Shown piece by piece: positions 35,711 to 47,175 of a stretch of DNA of 64,000 nucleotides. The translations under genes were made by a program, and so were the position numbers. A model generated the notes under the pieces. The model ran no database searches, was not told where the DNA came from, and saw nothing but the letters and a program-made list of their open reading frames with translations. The stretch is from Heterodontus francisci (lineage: Eukaryota), in contig NC_090394.1 in the NCBI RefSeq assembly GCF_036365525.1, positions 58,092,914 to 58,156,913 of the forward strand. Reading direction: 5' to 3'. The first letter of the stretch is position 1. Each line of letters begins with the position of its first letter.

Positions 35711-36572
35711 GTAAAGTCATCAGTGCACACTTTAAACCATTTCATTTGTATCATGAAACTTTTGACATGCAAGAAAGCAAATTCAATTGACTTCGGTCTA
35801 TTTTTCATCCACCAATTCCTATTTGCCTATGTTCCTCTGACCTCAGGCTTTTTTAGTGGAATTCTTGGGAAATGTTGTGCTCTATTTTTCCTGTTGGAAG
35901 TTGTGTATAAATTGAACTGCACAAATTTAGAAGCTGCAGCCTTCAAATAGAACTTCTCAACAGATCTTTAATATTTATAACGGATCTTAAATTAATCTTG
36001 ATAGTTGTCTTCAGCTGAGAAAGCAGTTCCCAGCTCTGAAACATCATTTTGGAATTTTTGGATCCCACTCAAACTGGACTCTTAAACTACAGAAGTCTGC
36101 ATTCACTATCTACAAACATCGTAATTGTGCATCACTCACACAATTCAAATTCCATGCAGTTTTTTTTCCAGAATTGCCAAAATGTGTGTTGTTAACAAGA
36201 ATTTGTAGGTACAAGTAGGAAATAAGAGAAACTAGTCACCATGGGGAAATGCACACGAGAGAATGAGAGCAAGCGACAGCGTGAGCTACGTTTGGGTAAA
36301 AAAAATGAAGTTTGTGCTAATTTTGAAACTGAAGTTCAGTTGAGCAGGAGGCATACACCTGCCTTGGGCATGCAATGTAGCATCCCCAAATAGGACTTTT
36401 CAGTGTGTGGATCCTGTTGTGACAGTGCTAGAGTTTAGTTTACATTAGACTTAGTTTACATGAGTATTTCCATTAGCATGGTAGCTGTTAATTGATGTCG
36501 TACTACTCCCAAATATTCAGTTCATACTGAACATTTTAAGAATTGCATTATGAACCTATTAAGAGGCTGTAC

Positions 36573-36837
36573 CAACTGTTTTCAAACTTTTCTGTGTGGG
36601 AGATCTCTTGCAAATATTGATATAGCCCTGGGATCCTCTTTCCTAACTGTACAATTTTCCATTTGATTAGCTGACACCATCATGTAGAAAATATAGCAAT
36701 ATTGACAATATGCCAGTAAGTCAGCCTGTACAGAAAAAGATAAATTTCTCAAGTCACTGCTGTTGTCATGGGCTTAATATACTCAGCCTCAGATAGAGAT
36801 TGTGATGACCTCTCAGACCCCACATGGAAAACCAGTG
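36573..36837. mobile_element. Possible very old hAT-Charlie-like MITE
   Basis: Ends CAACTGTTTTCAAACTTTT and GACCCCACATGGAAAACCAGTG resemble MER5/Charlie-type termini; no clear TSD. Confidence 0.35.
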
Positions 36838-37088
36838 ACTTAAACAACACACTGAGAGGCAAAGTGACTTCACTTTGGCTCCTTTGGAAAAAAAATTATA
36901 TGCAAGTTAATTTAGGTCACTTCACATGACCCCTCCCCCCCCTCCCTTCACTCTGTTGGATATTGGCTCGACTGAGCTTATACTGCTGCATTAAATATAA
37001 AATCCAGGACAAACCTCTGAGAAGAGGTGAACCATGATAGTTGTACAGTGCTGAAGGTCATCATTATTTAGGGAAGTGCCATTGAATA

Positions 37089-38255
37089 TGTTACGACCAA
37101 GGCGAGAGTAATGTACTGTTAATTCAGTCCCACTACTCCACAGATGACAGCATATTAGTAAAGTTTCCCATCTACCGGAAATTAGCCAAATAAACACCGT
37201 ATTTATTTACCAGAATAAAGCACACCAAACCAGGTTTTTTTAAACAACAACAAATTATCTATTTATTAATAAACCAATATTAAACAATAATGAGATACAT
37301 CTATATGTATGAACAGATTTTATAACTTATTCTTCCTAACACACACATTCAAAAACCAGCAGTTAACCGCTTTTAAAAGATTGGTTTACGTTAGAACTGT
37401 TTCTTAGGAATAATAAAATATCTGGGTTGTAACTTCTGGTAGAATATTTCCAGATTGGTGAGGTGGCCCAGAGTCAAATAGTCAGATGCTCCTTGAAGTT
37501 TCCAGGTGAAATTAATGAACAGTCTCTGGTGGGTAGTCGTTCAAGGCAATTTGTCTTCAGCAGATATCACACAGATCTTCAGCAACAGGTTGTAGCAACA
37601 GGTCTATTTAAATTTTAAAGTAGCAGTCCAACAATAGAAACTTTCTTGAGATTTCAGGAGCTTCCAAAAATATAACAATGCAACAGGATTCAGACTTGAG
37701 GTAGAGATTTTTCAGAGACTGGAGACTACCTTCAGCAGTGCAGGCTTCCTATCAGCAAATGAGCCTTTTTCCAAAGCAGTGATTCTCCACAGAGTGCCGC
37801 AGCCCCTCTTCCTAGGTCCTCTCTCTCTCTTCAGGCATAAACAGCAACAAGGGTTTTAGCATCCGTGCTTTCGATTTGCAATTCCTTCAAGCTTCTTTTA
37901 ACTTCATGAAGAGATGGGAATTTCCCTTGATACAGGAATTATTTTTCAAGAGAGAGTGCTGGGCTGTCTTCTAGCAGCAAACTGGTCTTTTGATTTCTTT
38001 CAGAGAGAGTTCTCTTGTTCTGGTATCCAGAACAGGTTCCAGCCAAAAAAAACTGGTCATTCTTGCAAAAGAGAAACGAAAACTCCCCAGCAGCAGTCAT
38101 GTGAAAGTCATTTCTCTCTGCTGAGTGGCTTCGAAAAACAGAATGCCTTGAAATCTGTGTAGCACCCAGTTCAGAATTCACTGTTCTCCGTGAAATCCTT
38201 TTCTCAGTCTTAAAGGCACACACCTTTTTAAAAAAAGAACAAAGCACTTGTAACA
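37089..38255 (-). mobile_element. Solo LTR (Gypsy-like), 1167 bp
   Basis: TGTTAC...GTAACA inverted ends; TSD AATA / ATTA (3/4); its left part resembles the LTR at 40263 (TGTTACGACC; ACCAAACCAGGT..TTTAAA.CAACAAATTA). Confidence 0.83.
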
Positions 38256-39174
38256 ATTACTAGAGACAGAGTATTTTGATTTGTTGTTGTTCAGATTATT
38301 ATGTTGCCTACATTTCTGAATACTGGGGTGTGACAAATAGCTGGGGTGCTGCAAGACCCTGTACTGTTGTACCTTCAAGTCTTGGAACTATAAAGAAAAA
38401 TTCTATCCACGTAAATTACTTTATGTCAAAACCAGGAATCCCTTGTTATGGTTACATTTGTTCTATTAAGTTAAAGGCAAATTCAAAAAAGGAGAGAAAA
38501 ATAGTGGGATTGAGAAAAAGGACAATTTGACAACATTTATTTTACCTTTTCCTAGTATGTTATACCTATGATTTTCAAAAGTTGCTGCCATGTGTAGTAA
38601 ACAGAAGTACTTCACAATATCCATTGTTCTATTTTTAAAAATTGCTTCCTACAATATTATACAGGGCTTTAAATGGGGAAATTAAGATAGAAGTTAAGTC
38701 CTTAGTGGGAAGAATCTGGCATTGAAGTAGTGTTTTGTGTGCCACTTTTGGATTGAAATTTTGCTGTTTAAATTTTTTGGCAGCAGATTTTAAATAGTTA
38801 TCAACAACTGATTATTTGAGTGAAATACAGGAAAAGGAAGTATCTGGAGACATAATTGATGACTGCAGCCATTGCTAAACAACCAGCAACAAGGCACTTA
38901 CTTCAAGCAGCAAGCCATTGTAGCTATTAATACATTTGCAATATACTTAATTTTTTCAACTGATATTTTGTCAATTTATTAATTTATTTTACAGTAACAT
39001 CATTTCAGTTGCAAAGAAGTTTAGAGAGATATTTTATCAAAAACAAGAATGAACTTGTATTTATGTAGTGCCATATCAAATCCTCTGGAAAGTTCAAAAT
39101 GCTTTACAGCCAATGGAATTTTTTTTGCCAGTGCAGGCACTGCTATCAAATGTGGCAGTCAGTCGGCACACAAG

Positions 39175-40135
39175 GGCCCAGAAATTGCTGGAACAGGGCA
39201 TCTGGCGGCGAATGCTGTGAATTGGCTTTAAAAAATATTTTACCTCACCCTTTCAGACCTTAATTTTGAACTGTGAGTTGCTGGAAATGTGATTTGATAA
39301 TGGCACGGCAACATTAACGAGACATCTGGGACCTCATGGATGTCAAGTCCAATGGTCTATCTCATAACCAATGAAACAAAAGGACAGAGAAAGAAACAGA
39401 GCAAACAATGGAGTAGAATGGAAATAGGGTAAATTAGTGTCAAGTTAGAGATAAAAAGAGTAATAAAGGGAGGGAAAGAGAATGAGTGGATTAAGAGAGA
39501 GGAAAAAAGACTAAAAGGAAAAGTAAGAAAAATTAAATTTTAAAAACCTCTATCAACAATTTACTACAACAATAACAACAACCTGTATTTATATAATGCC
39601 CTTAACATAATAAAATGTCCTAAGGCATTTCACAGGAGCGTTATAAAGCAAAGTTTGATACTAAGCCACCTAAGGTGGTGATAGGGCAGATGACCAAAAG
39701 CTTGGTCAAAGTCATAGGTTTTATGGGGTGTCTTAAAGGAGAAGAGAGAGATAGAGTGGAGAGATTTAGGCCTGTGGGAATGAGACTACATGGTTCCATT
39801 GTTCCTTTTCTGGGCCTCCAAGGTTGAGTGGTATATCAGGACCATAAATCAAGTCATTAACAGGATCCTTATGATATGAATTCCCAGCCCAAATGGCTAT
39901 GGTGAGATTCATTTATATTAAAAGTATAAATTTCACAATGCACAATGGGTGACCGATAGAGAGAGGGTAGTTTTTAGTTTTGGTGAGGCTAACGTCAGAG
40001 CAAATGGTCCTGCAGTTAGTGATGAATCAGAATTTGTGGCTTATCTCCTTTGCCACAAATTACTGGAATTGTTTTATGATCTAACACTGGCGAGAACCAT
40101 GAACTCTCCATTTTTTCCCCAGAACTTTCTGGACC
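39175..40135. mobile_element. MITE family B containing an L2 tail
   Basis: TIR GGCCCAGAAATTGCTGG / CCAGAACTTTCTGGACC; flanks AAG / AAT; homologous to 9740-10466. Confidence 0.75.
39566..39770 (-). mobile_element. L2-like LINE 3' tail
   Basis: (AAC)n tail followed by CTGTATTTATATAATGCC...ACCAAAAGCTTGGTCAAAG; homologous to 48195-48405. Confidence 0.75.
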
Positions 40136-40262
40136 AATAAATTCCCCCAAACTGATGAATGATTAGATAATTTGTTTTTGATAGTGTTCGTTAAGGGACA
40201 GTGTTGGCCAAGCTCCAGGAGAGTTCCTTGCTGTTTGACTAGTGCCACAGGATCTTTTATAT

Positions 40263-41205
40263 TGTTACGACCGACTGCTATTGTCAAAGCCCCCAATCAA
40301 AATATACGATTCTGATTGTGGTGGGACCAATGCACTGTTAATTCAATCCCGTCGTTCCACATATCGGCTAACATATCATTTCAAAACTTTCCAAATTAAA
40401 GAAAGACCCAGTATATTGTACCATCTATTAACTCCCGAATGAGGCTAACCAAACCAGGTATCTTTAAATCAACAAATTAACTCTTTAATTAAAAGAACTA
40501 AATTCTTAAACACTATGAAGATATAAACAGCATTTAAAATAGAAAAAATTAGAGTCTTTGCGAATTTACAGTCCGAGGTTGTTTGAAGTCCTCACTGTCA
40601 TCTGATGCGGGGAGAAAGGTTTTTCCACAGTATATCAATCCGTAGTCTAACTTCAGTAGGTGATGCTTTCCTTCTCCAGCAAATTTCAACAAATAACAAC
40701 TTGCAAATACTTTCAGTGGAATCATTCTGACTTCAGAGTTTTTTTAAGGGATAAAAGATTGTCACAATCTAACTTCCCTTTCTTCAATTTAAATTACCAG
40801 AGATCTCTGTCCTGGCTTGACTTTTTTGAATTTCGAGAGATAACAATTAAAACAGACTAAAATCCTATTCCTTCAGTTTAAATGGTTGAGAGCACTTTTT
40901 CCAGGCTCTGACACTATAGCTGTGTCCTTTGTCTGTGTCTTCTCTCTGTGTGTTCAAACTATCTTACTAACTGCCAGTTCAAACTGAATTGTAACAAATG
41001 TATCACATCAGGCTCATTCCCAGTGGCCGTTTCCATGGTATCGAGAATGCACCCTTTGAATCGCAGTCTCCAAATGGCTGTTTCTAAGGCAACGAAAATG
41101 CACCTTCCTATAACTCCTAAGGCTTGCCAGCTCTTAAAGCAATTCTGATCCCTTGCAAGCCTTAAAGGTAACCGCATATTCCGAAAAAACTACAGGACCG
41201 TGACA
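40263..41205 (-). mobile_element. Solo LTR (Gypsy-like), 943 bp
   Basis: TGTTACG...CGTGACA ends; perfect TSD ATAT (40259-62, 41206-09) inside the Deu-SINE. Confidence 0.88.
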
Positions 41206-41320
41206 ATATCCAATTATACAGGCAGATGTGATCTGCATTTAGTGTTTTATCCAAGAGACAGCATCTCCGAACAATTTTCAGCACTTCCTCAGTACTGCAT
41301 GAATAGTCAGGGTAGCTTAT

Positions 41321-41822
41321 GGGCTGGATTTTATTCCAGTGAAGGGGAGAGCTCCCGGCGGCAGACCAGAAGGCAGAGGGGAGACCCTGGCTCGGCCCTC
41401 CGTTGCTATCGCATGGCGGCAGCCAATTAACTGCCTGCTGTCAGGGATACTGTCCCTTGAAGGGACGAGCTCCCGCCCAATCTCAAGTCTGGCAGTTACC
41501 ACCTGAAGTGATGGCCACTGCAGTATTGCAGAAGTATCACCATCAGCGGGGCCCTGGATTGCCCCGAAGGAGTGCCCCCCCCCCCCCCAACCTTACTAGC
41601 AGGCCGCCAGGCTTTACCTGGCATTGTCTCCCCATGGTGGTGGGCCCCTCTGACTTTAATTGGCCACTTATGGGTCTCAATTGGCCCGGGGCGAGCGGCC
41701 TTCCCTGCCCCAGAGAAAATGGCAGGGGGCCCGGGTGACGTCAGGAACTGCACTCCCTGCCACTTTGTTTGCCTCCTCCCCACTCCTCCCCCCATCTCCA
41801 AGGGTAGCACAAAATTCTGCCC
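41321..41822. mobile_element. MITE family A, opposite orientation to 35050
   Basis: TIR GGGCTGGATTTT / AAAATTCTGCCC; the target duplication can be read as TAT or TA. Confidence 0.8.
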
Positions 41823-42114
41823 ATATGTGTTCAAGTCTCTCGTAGGGCTTAAACCTACACTCTCAGATGAGAGTGCTACCAACAGAGCTAAATTGACACC
41901 AAAGTAGTAGGTTCTGTATCACAGTATATGAGGTTCTAATTCTTACAAAACTACAAAGAAACACTTGAATCTTTTTTTCTCTCTTCCTTCCCCCCACCCC
42001 TACTGCTGCTGGATATAGTTCCATGGCCACTGTTTGCCCTCTGCATTTGACCCACGTGGTTATTATTTACTAAAGTCTGAGACTTGGTTGTGATTGCTGA
42101 CAGGCTATACTGTT

Positions 42115-42460
42115 GAAGATGATGGATGAAGCACAACAGAATCCAATCCTGTTCTCGCATGCAAGCAACGTGTATTGGATATGAGTTGGGGGCAGGAATT
42201 CTGCTTGATTTTTTTTTTCATCTCCCTAAACCAAGGTTTCTTAGGCAACAGTAGTCTTCGTGACACCATGTACTTGTGTGGATGTTTGGTGGGTTAAGGA
42301 CAGGATTGGGCTAGAATATGATGCCTCTCAAGGGTGAATCATTTGCTGTCCAGGGTCATGCATTAATAGTGGTGAAGTACTAGAGGGCCTCTAATGGTTG
42401 TGAAGCATATGCCAACATGAAACACGGCCTCAAGGTCGAAGGAATAGAGAGAGGAAATAG
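42115..42460. repeat. Two inverted fragments of the old unassigned SINE-like repeat
   Basis: AATCCAATCCTGTTCT (about 42140) is the inverse of AGGACAGGATTGGGCT (about 42297); similar to 59085-59390. Confidence 0.5.
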
Positions 42461-43934
42461 GAGGGAAAATAGACACAGATCCTTGCACTATTTCATTTAA
42501 TGGTTTGCTGAAGTCTTAGAAAAAGTCATATTGCAGTTTAGCAAAGTAATTTAATCTCTAGCAATTTTTAAAATCAAACCACTTCTTATTGCAAAATGAA
42601 AGCATCCTGCAAGATAATTCTGCCCATAGAAGTATAGGTTTCATTTATTTAGACGGTCATATTCATAAATAATCCTGTTCATCTCCATTTTAAAGGACAG
42701 TTATTGCATGGTCAATACATTAAAAGTAAAAAAAAAAAATTAGAAGTTCGATTAGCAATATCGATATGCCATTACAGCTTCTTTCCAGGAAGAATGAAGC
42801 AGGTTTCAGCTGAATGGGATAACAAATACTTGGCAAGAGATTCATGGCCCATGTAATCCCACTCTGAGAATAGTCTATTCTTTCCAGAATGCCAACACAA
42901 TAGACTGTTGTACAATTTACTGTAGACCTCACATACACATATGCAAAAAGGAAAAGACTATCTAGTCCATCACCCTACCCTATCTAGACATGGTGCAGCC
43001 TCATAGACTGTAAGCCCACCCCCCGCAAAAAGAAACCCAGGAAAAATCTGAGGCCAATTTAGGAACAGCTCTGGGAAATTCTTCTCTGGCTCCCTAAGGC
43101 AATCAAGCAAGCTCCATGAGACCACAGCAACTCAAGCTCATCACTGTTTCTAGTGTCCTCCTTCCTCAGAAATTTGCCATGCACTGTTCTGAAGGTCTGC
43201 AGGGAATCCACATTTACCACATCCTTCATTCATTGGTTCCAGATGTCAGCATCTGCCTGTGAAAAGAAATACTTCCCGCATCTAACCTAATTCTTTGTTG
43301 ATGTACTTTATTCTTTATAGTTTATATAATTTCTCCAGCATGCTGAGTAAAGAAGCAACCTTAAACATACCAACAGATATTTTATGCCTTGCCTCCCTCT
43401 TTATGTGATTGCGCTTGCCCTCTCAGTTAAACCACTTAATGGTTCAGTAATTGAAATCTCTCATACTCTGCTGTTTTGTTGCTCTTCTAGTTTCTCATCT
43501 TGTCGAACCGGCTAAACTGGAGCTTTACAACAGGGGTCAATAACCAAGTTAGGACTAACTGCCTGTTCTAGCAGCACCAAAATTGCTTCAGCCTCGCTGC
43601 TGATCAATAGCCTCTTTCTCTTGTAATTATATCTTTAATAAATTGAAGTACAGCTTGCTTTTTGTCCTACTCTATCCCTTGTACTGAATTTCAGGATATA
43701 TATCAAATATCTAATCATGTTTCAGAGATACTAATTATGTCTAATTTAGAAACAGTAACTGGTGTCTGCCTTAGTTCAGTGGTAACACTTTTGTCTCTGT
43801 CAGAATGTTGTGGATTCAAGCCTCACTCCAGAGACTTGACTATTATCTAGGCAAACGCTTCAGTGCAGTACTAAGGGAATGCTGCACTGTCAGAGGTACT
43901 GTCTTTCAGATGCAACGGTAAACTGAGGTGCCTT

Positions 43935-45483
43935 TTAAAAATTCTTTTGTGGGATGTGAATGTCGCTGGCAACAGTGAAGGAATGGCATTATATTTCCAA
44001 GTCAGGATGGTGTCTGACTTGGAGGGGAACTTGCATGTGATGGTGCTCCCATGTGTTTGCTGTCCTTCTCCTTCCAGGTGGAAGAGGTGACCGGTTTGGA
44101 AGGTGCTTTTTTTTATTTGTTCATGAGATGTGGGCATCGCTGGCTAGGCCAGCATTTATTGCCCATCCCTAATTGCCCTTCAGAAGGTGGTGGTGAGCTG
44201 CCTTCTTGAACAGCTGCAGTCCATGTGGGGTTGGTACACCCACAGTGCTTTTAGGAAGGGACTTTGACCCAGCGACACTGAAGGAACGGTGATATAGTTC
44301 CAAGTCGGGTTGGTGTGAGGCTTGGAGGGGAACTTGCAGGTGGCGATGTTTCCATGCATCTGCAGCCCTTGTCCTTCTAGGTGCTAGAGGTCGCGGGTTT
44401 GGAAGTTGCTGTCGAAGGATGCATTGTGAGTTGCTGCAGTGCATCTTGTAAATGGTACACACTGCTGCCACTGTGCATCGGTGATGAAGGGCGTGAATTT
44501 TAAGGTGGTGGATGGGGTGCCAATCAAGTGGGCTGCTTTGTCCTGAATAGTGATGAGTTTCCTGAGTGGTGTCGGAGCTGCACTCATCCAGGCAAGTGGG
44601 GAGTATTCCATCACACTCCTGACTTGTGCCTTGCAGATGGTGGACAGGCTTTGGGGGAATCTGGAGGTGGGTTACTCGCTGCAGAATTCATAGAAACATA
44701 GAAAATAGGAGCAGGATTAGGCCATTCAGCCCTTCCAGCCTGCTCCACCATTCATTATGATCATGGCTGATCATCCAACTCAGTAGCCTGATCCCGCCTT
44801 CGCCCAATACCCTTTGATCCTTTTAGACCCAAGAACTATATCTAACTCCTTCTTGAAAACATACAATGTTTTGGCCTCAACTGCTTTCTGTGGTAGCGAA
44901 TTCCACAGGCTCACCACTCTCTGGGTGAAGAAATTTCTCCTCATCTCAGTCCTGAAAGGTTTACCCCGTATCCTTAGACTATGACCTCTGGTTCTGGACT
45001 CCCCCACCATCAGGAACATCCTTCCTTCATCTACCCTATCAAGTCCTGTTAGAATTTTATAGGTTTCTATGAGATCCCCCCTCACTCTTCTGAACTCTAG
45101 TGAATATAATCCTAACCGACTCGATCTCTCCTCATACGTCAGTCCCACCATCCCAGGAATCAGTCTGGTAAACCTTCGCTGCACTCCCTCTATAGCAAGA
45201 ACATCCTTCCTCAGATAAGGATTCCAAAACTGCACACAATATTCCAGGTGTGGCCTCACTAAGGCCCTGTATAATTGCAGCAAGACATCCCTGCTCCTGT
45301 ACTCGAATCCTCTCGCTATGAAGGCCAACCATTTGCCTTTTCCCAGCCAATTCCCAGCCTCGGACCTACTCTTGTAGCCACAGTATTTATGTGGCTGGTC
45401 CAGTTCAGTTTTTGGTCGATGGTAACCCCCAGAATGTTGATAGTGGGGGATTCAGCGATGGTAATGCCATTGAATGTCAAGGG
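43935..45483 (-). mobile_element. LINE-X (CR1-group) 3' fragments, interrupted by a CR1
   Basis: ORFs MEYSPLAWMSAAPTPLRKLITIQDKAAHLIG and TINILGVTIDQKLNWTSHI; 3' end at about 44110, with a second short tail piece at 43935-44108. Confidence 0.87.
44688..45340 (-). mobile_element. Young CR1 3' fragment with an uninterrupted ORF2 C-terminus
   Basis: 182-aa ORF LYRALVRPHLEYCVQFWNPYLRKD...RRNFFTQRVVSLWNSLP; (CATAGAAA)n tail on +. Confidence 0.95.
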
Positions 45484-45602
45484 CCCACTCAGGTGAGAAA
45501 AGATTCCATGGCACAATTGGAAGAAGCAGGGAATTTATATTGGCTAATGCTTCTCTCTCAACCAACAGCACTAAAATAGATTATCTGGTCACTCATTTCT
45601 CC

Positions 45603-45709
45603 TGAAATGAGAACAGAAAGTGCCGGAAATACTCAGCAGGTCTGGCAGCATCTGTATAGAGAGAAACAGTCAATGTTTCAGGTCTGTGACCCTTCATCAG
45701 ATGAAGGGT
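45603..45709 (-). mobile_element. Penelope-like terminal fragment
   Basis: GAAATACTCAGCAGGTCTGGCAGCATCTGT matches the other copies; ends in the short fold-back ACCCTTCAT-CAG-ATGAAGGGT. Confidence 0.82.
45668..45700 (-). ncRNA. Minimal hammerhead ribozyme core motif (PLE-associated)
   Basis: Minus strand reads CUGAUGA-AGGGUC-ACA-GACCU-GAAAC-AUU: both conserved boxes with helix II between them. Activity not shown. Confidence 0.65.
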
Positions 45710-46715
45710 TGTAGTTGTTGGAGGCCAATCATCTCAGCCCCAGGACATCGCTGCAGGTGTTTCTCAGGGTAGTGTTCTAGGCCCAACCATCTTCAGCTGC
45801 TTCATCAATGACTTTCCCTCCATCGTAAGGTTAGAAGTGGACATGTTTGATTCCAAAATATTCAGTACCATTCACAACACCTTAGATAATGAAGCAGTCC
45901 ATGCCCGCATGCAGCAAGGCCTGGACAACATTCAGGCTTGAACTGAAAAGGTAACTGTCACACCACAAAAGTGCCAGGCAATGACCATCTTCAACAAGAG
46001 AGAATCTGACCATCTCTCCTTCACGTTCAACGGCATTACCATCCTTGAATCTTCCACTATGAATATCCTGGGGGTACCATTGAACAGAAACTTAACTGGA
46101 CCAGTCACACAAATACTATGGCTACAATCGCAGGTCAGAGGCTGGGACTTCTGACTGCTGACTCCCCAAAGCCTGTCCATCATCTACCAGGCACAAGTCA
46201 GGAGATTGATGGAATACTCTCCATTGCCTGGATGAGTGAAGCTCCAACAACACTCGGGAAGCTCAACGCTATCCAGGATAAAACAGTCCACTTGATCGGC
46301 AACCATCCAACACCTTGAATATTCACTGCCTCCACCACTGGAGCACAGTGGCAGCCATACGTACCATCTATAAGATGCACTGCAGCAACTTGCCAAGCCT
46401 CCTTCCACAGCACCTTCCAAACCCATGACCGCTACCATGTAGAAAGACAAGGGCAGCATACACATGGGAACACCACCACCTGCAAGTTTCCCTCCAAGCC
46501 ATACACCATCCTGATTTGGAACTATATTGCCATTCCTGCACTGTTGCTGAGTCTAAATCCTGGAACCTCCTTCCTAACAGCATTGTATCTACACCACATG
46601 GATTGCAGCTGTTCAAGAAGGCAGCTCACCATCACCTTCTCGAGGGAAATTAGGGATGGGCAACAAGTGCTGTCCTTGCCAGTGATGTACACATCCCATG
46701 AACGAATAAAAAAAA
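45710..46715 (+). mobile_element. LINE-X (CR1-group) 3' ~1 kb fragment
   Basis: GGTGTTTCTCAGGGTAGTGTTCTAGGCCCAACC (RT motif, matches 26310-26345) through the tail AATTAGGGATGGGCAACAAGTGCTG...CCCATGAACGAATAAAA. Confidence 0.9.
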
Positions 46716-46729
46716 TCCTATTTATGTCT

Positions 46730-47175
46730 TCCTGTATTTTGGTGCAGTCTTCAACTTATTTCAAGGTTGTAATTCCAGTTCCGGTGTCCAGATCATTTGT
46801 GCATATGGTGAACAATTGTGATCCCAGCAGGGCATCATTTCCCACTTTTTGCCAGTCTAAGGAACTTACTTTAACTCTTAACCCCCGTTTTCTGGTTTGT
46901 AGCCATCCTTCAATTCGTTATGCTACCTGGCTCCTGACTCCACACACCCTGGCCTTCGTCATAAATCTCTTATGTGGCACCTAATTAAACGTTTGAAAGT
47001 CCATGTTTTACCACCTCAATTGCATTGACTTTGTTTGCTTTCCTTGTTACAAAGAATTCAGTAAGGTTAATTAAACATGATTAACTATTCATGCTAACTA
47101 TGTTTTATTATATTTTCCATTTCTGGGTGATCATCAGATCTTTTCTACCACTGATGTTAAGCTGATTGGTCCCTG
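46730..47175 (-). mobile_element. Very old CR1 RT fragment
   Basis: TTATGTGGCACCTAATTAAAC, AAACATGA and ACTGATGTTAAGCTGATTGGTC occur in the same order as in 53290-53420 and 55855-55880. Confidence 0.55.

Larger units (their letters stand above)
39047..41900 (-). mobile_element. Single SacSINE1-like Deu-SINE split into four pieces by three insertions
   Basis: Pieces 39047-39174, 40136-40262, 41206-41320 and 41823-41900 rejoin colinearly with the copy at 14205-14641. Confidence 0.78.
43761..45597 (+). mobile_element. SacSINE1-like Deu-SINE split by LINE insertions (43761-43932 and 45481-45597)
   Basis: Head plus GGTACTGTCTTTCAGATGCAACGGTAAACTGAGG, resuming at CTCAGGTGAGAAAAGATTCCATGGCAC. Confidence 0.78.

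Noticed and set aside
36241-36393. 50-codon ORF with strong Kozak context (CACCATGG; MGKCTRENESKRQRELRLG...)
   Set aside because: Expected by chance in 64 kb; no promoter, strong splice or homology support.
44780-45328. Intact 182-aa ORF as a host or domesticated gene
   Set aside because: It is the ORF2 C-terminus of a 5'-truncated young CR1; intactness reflects age.
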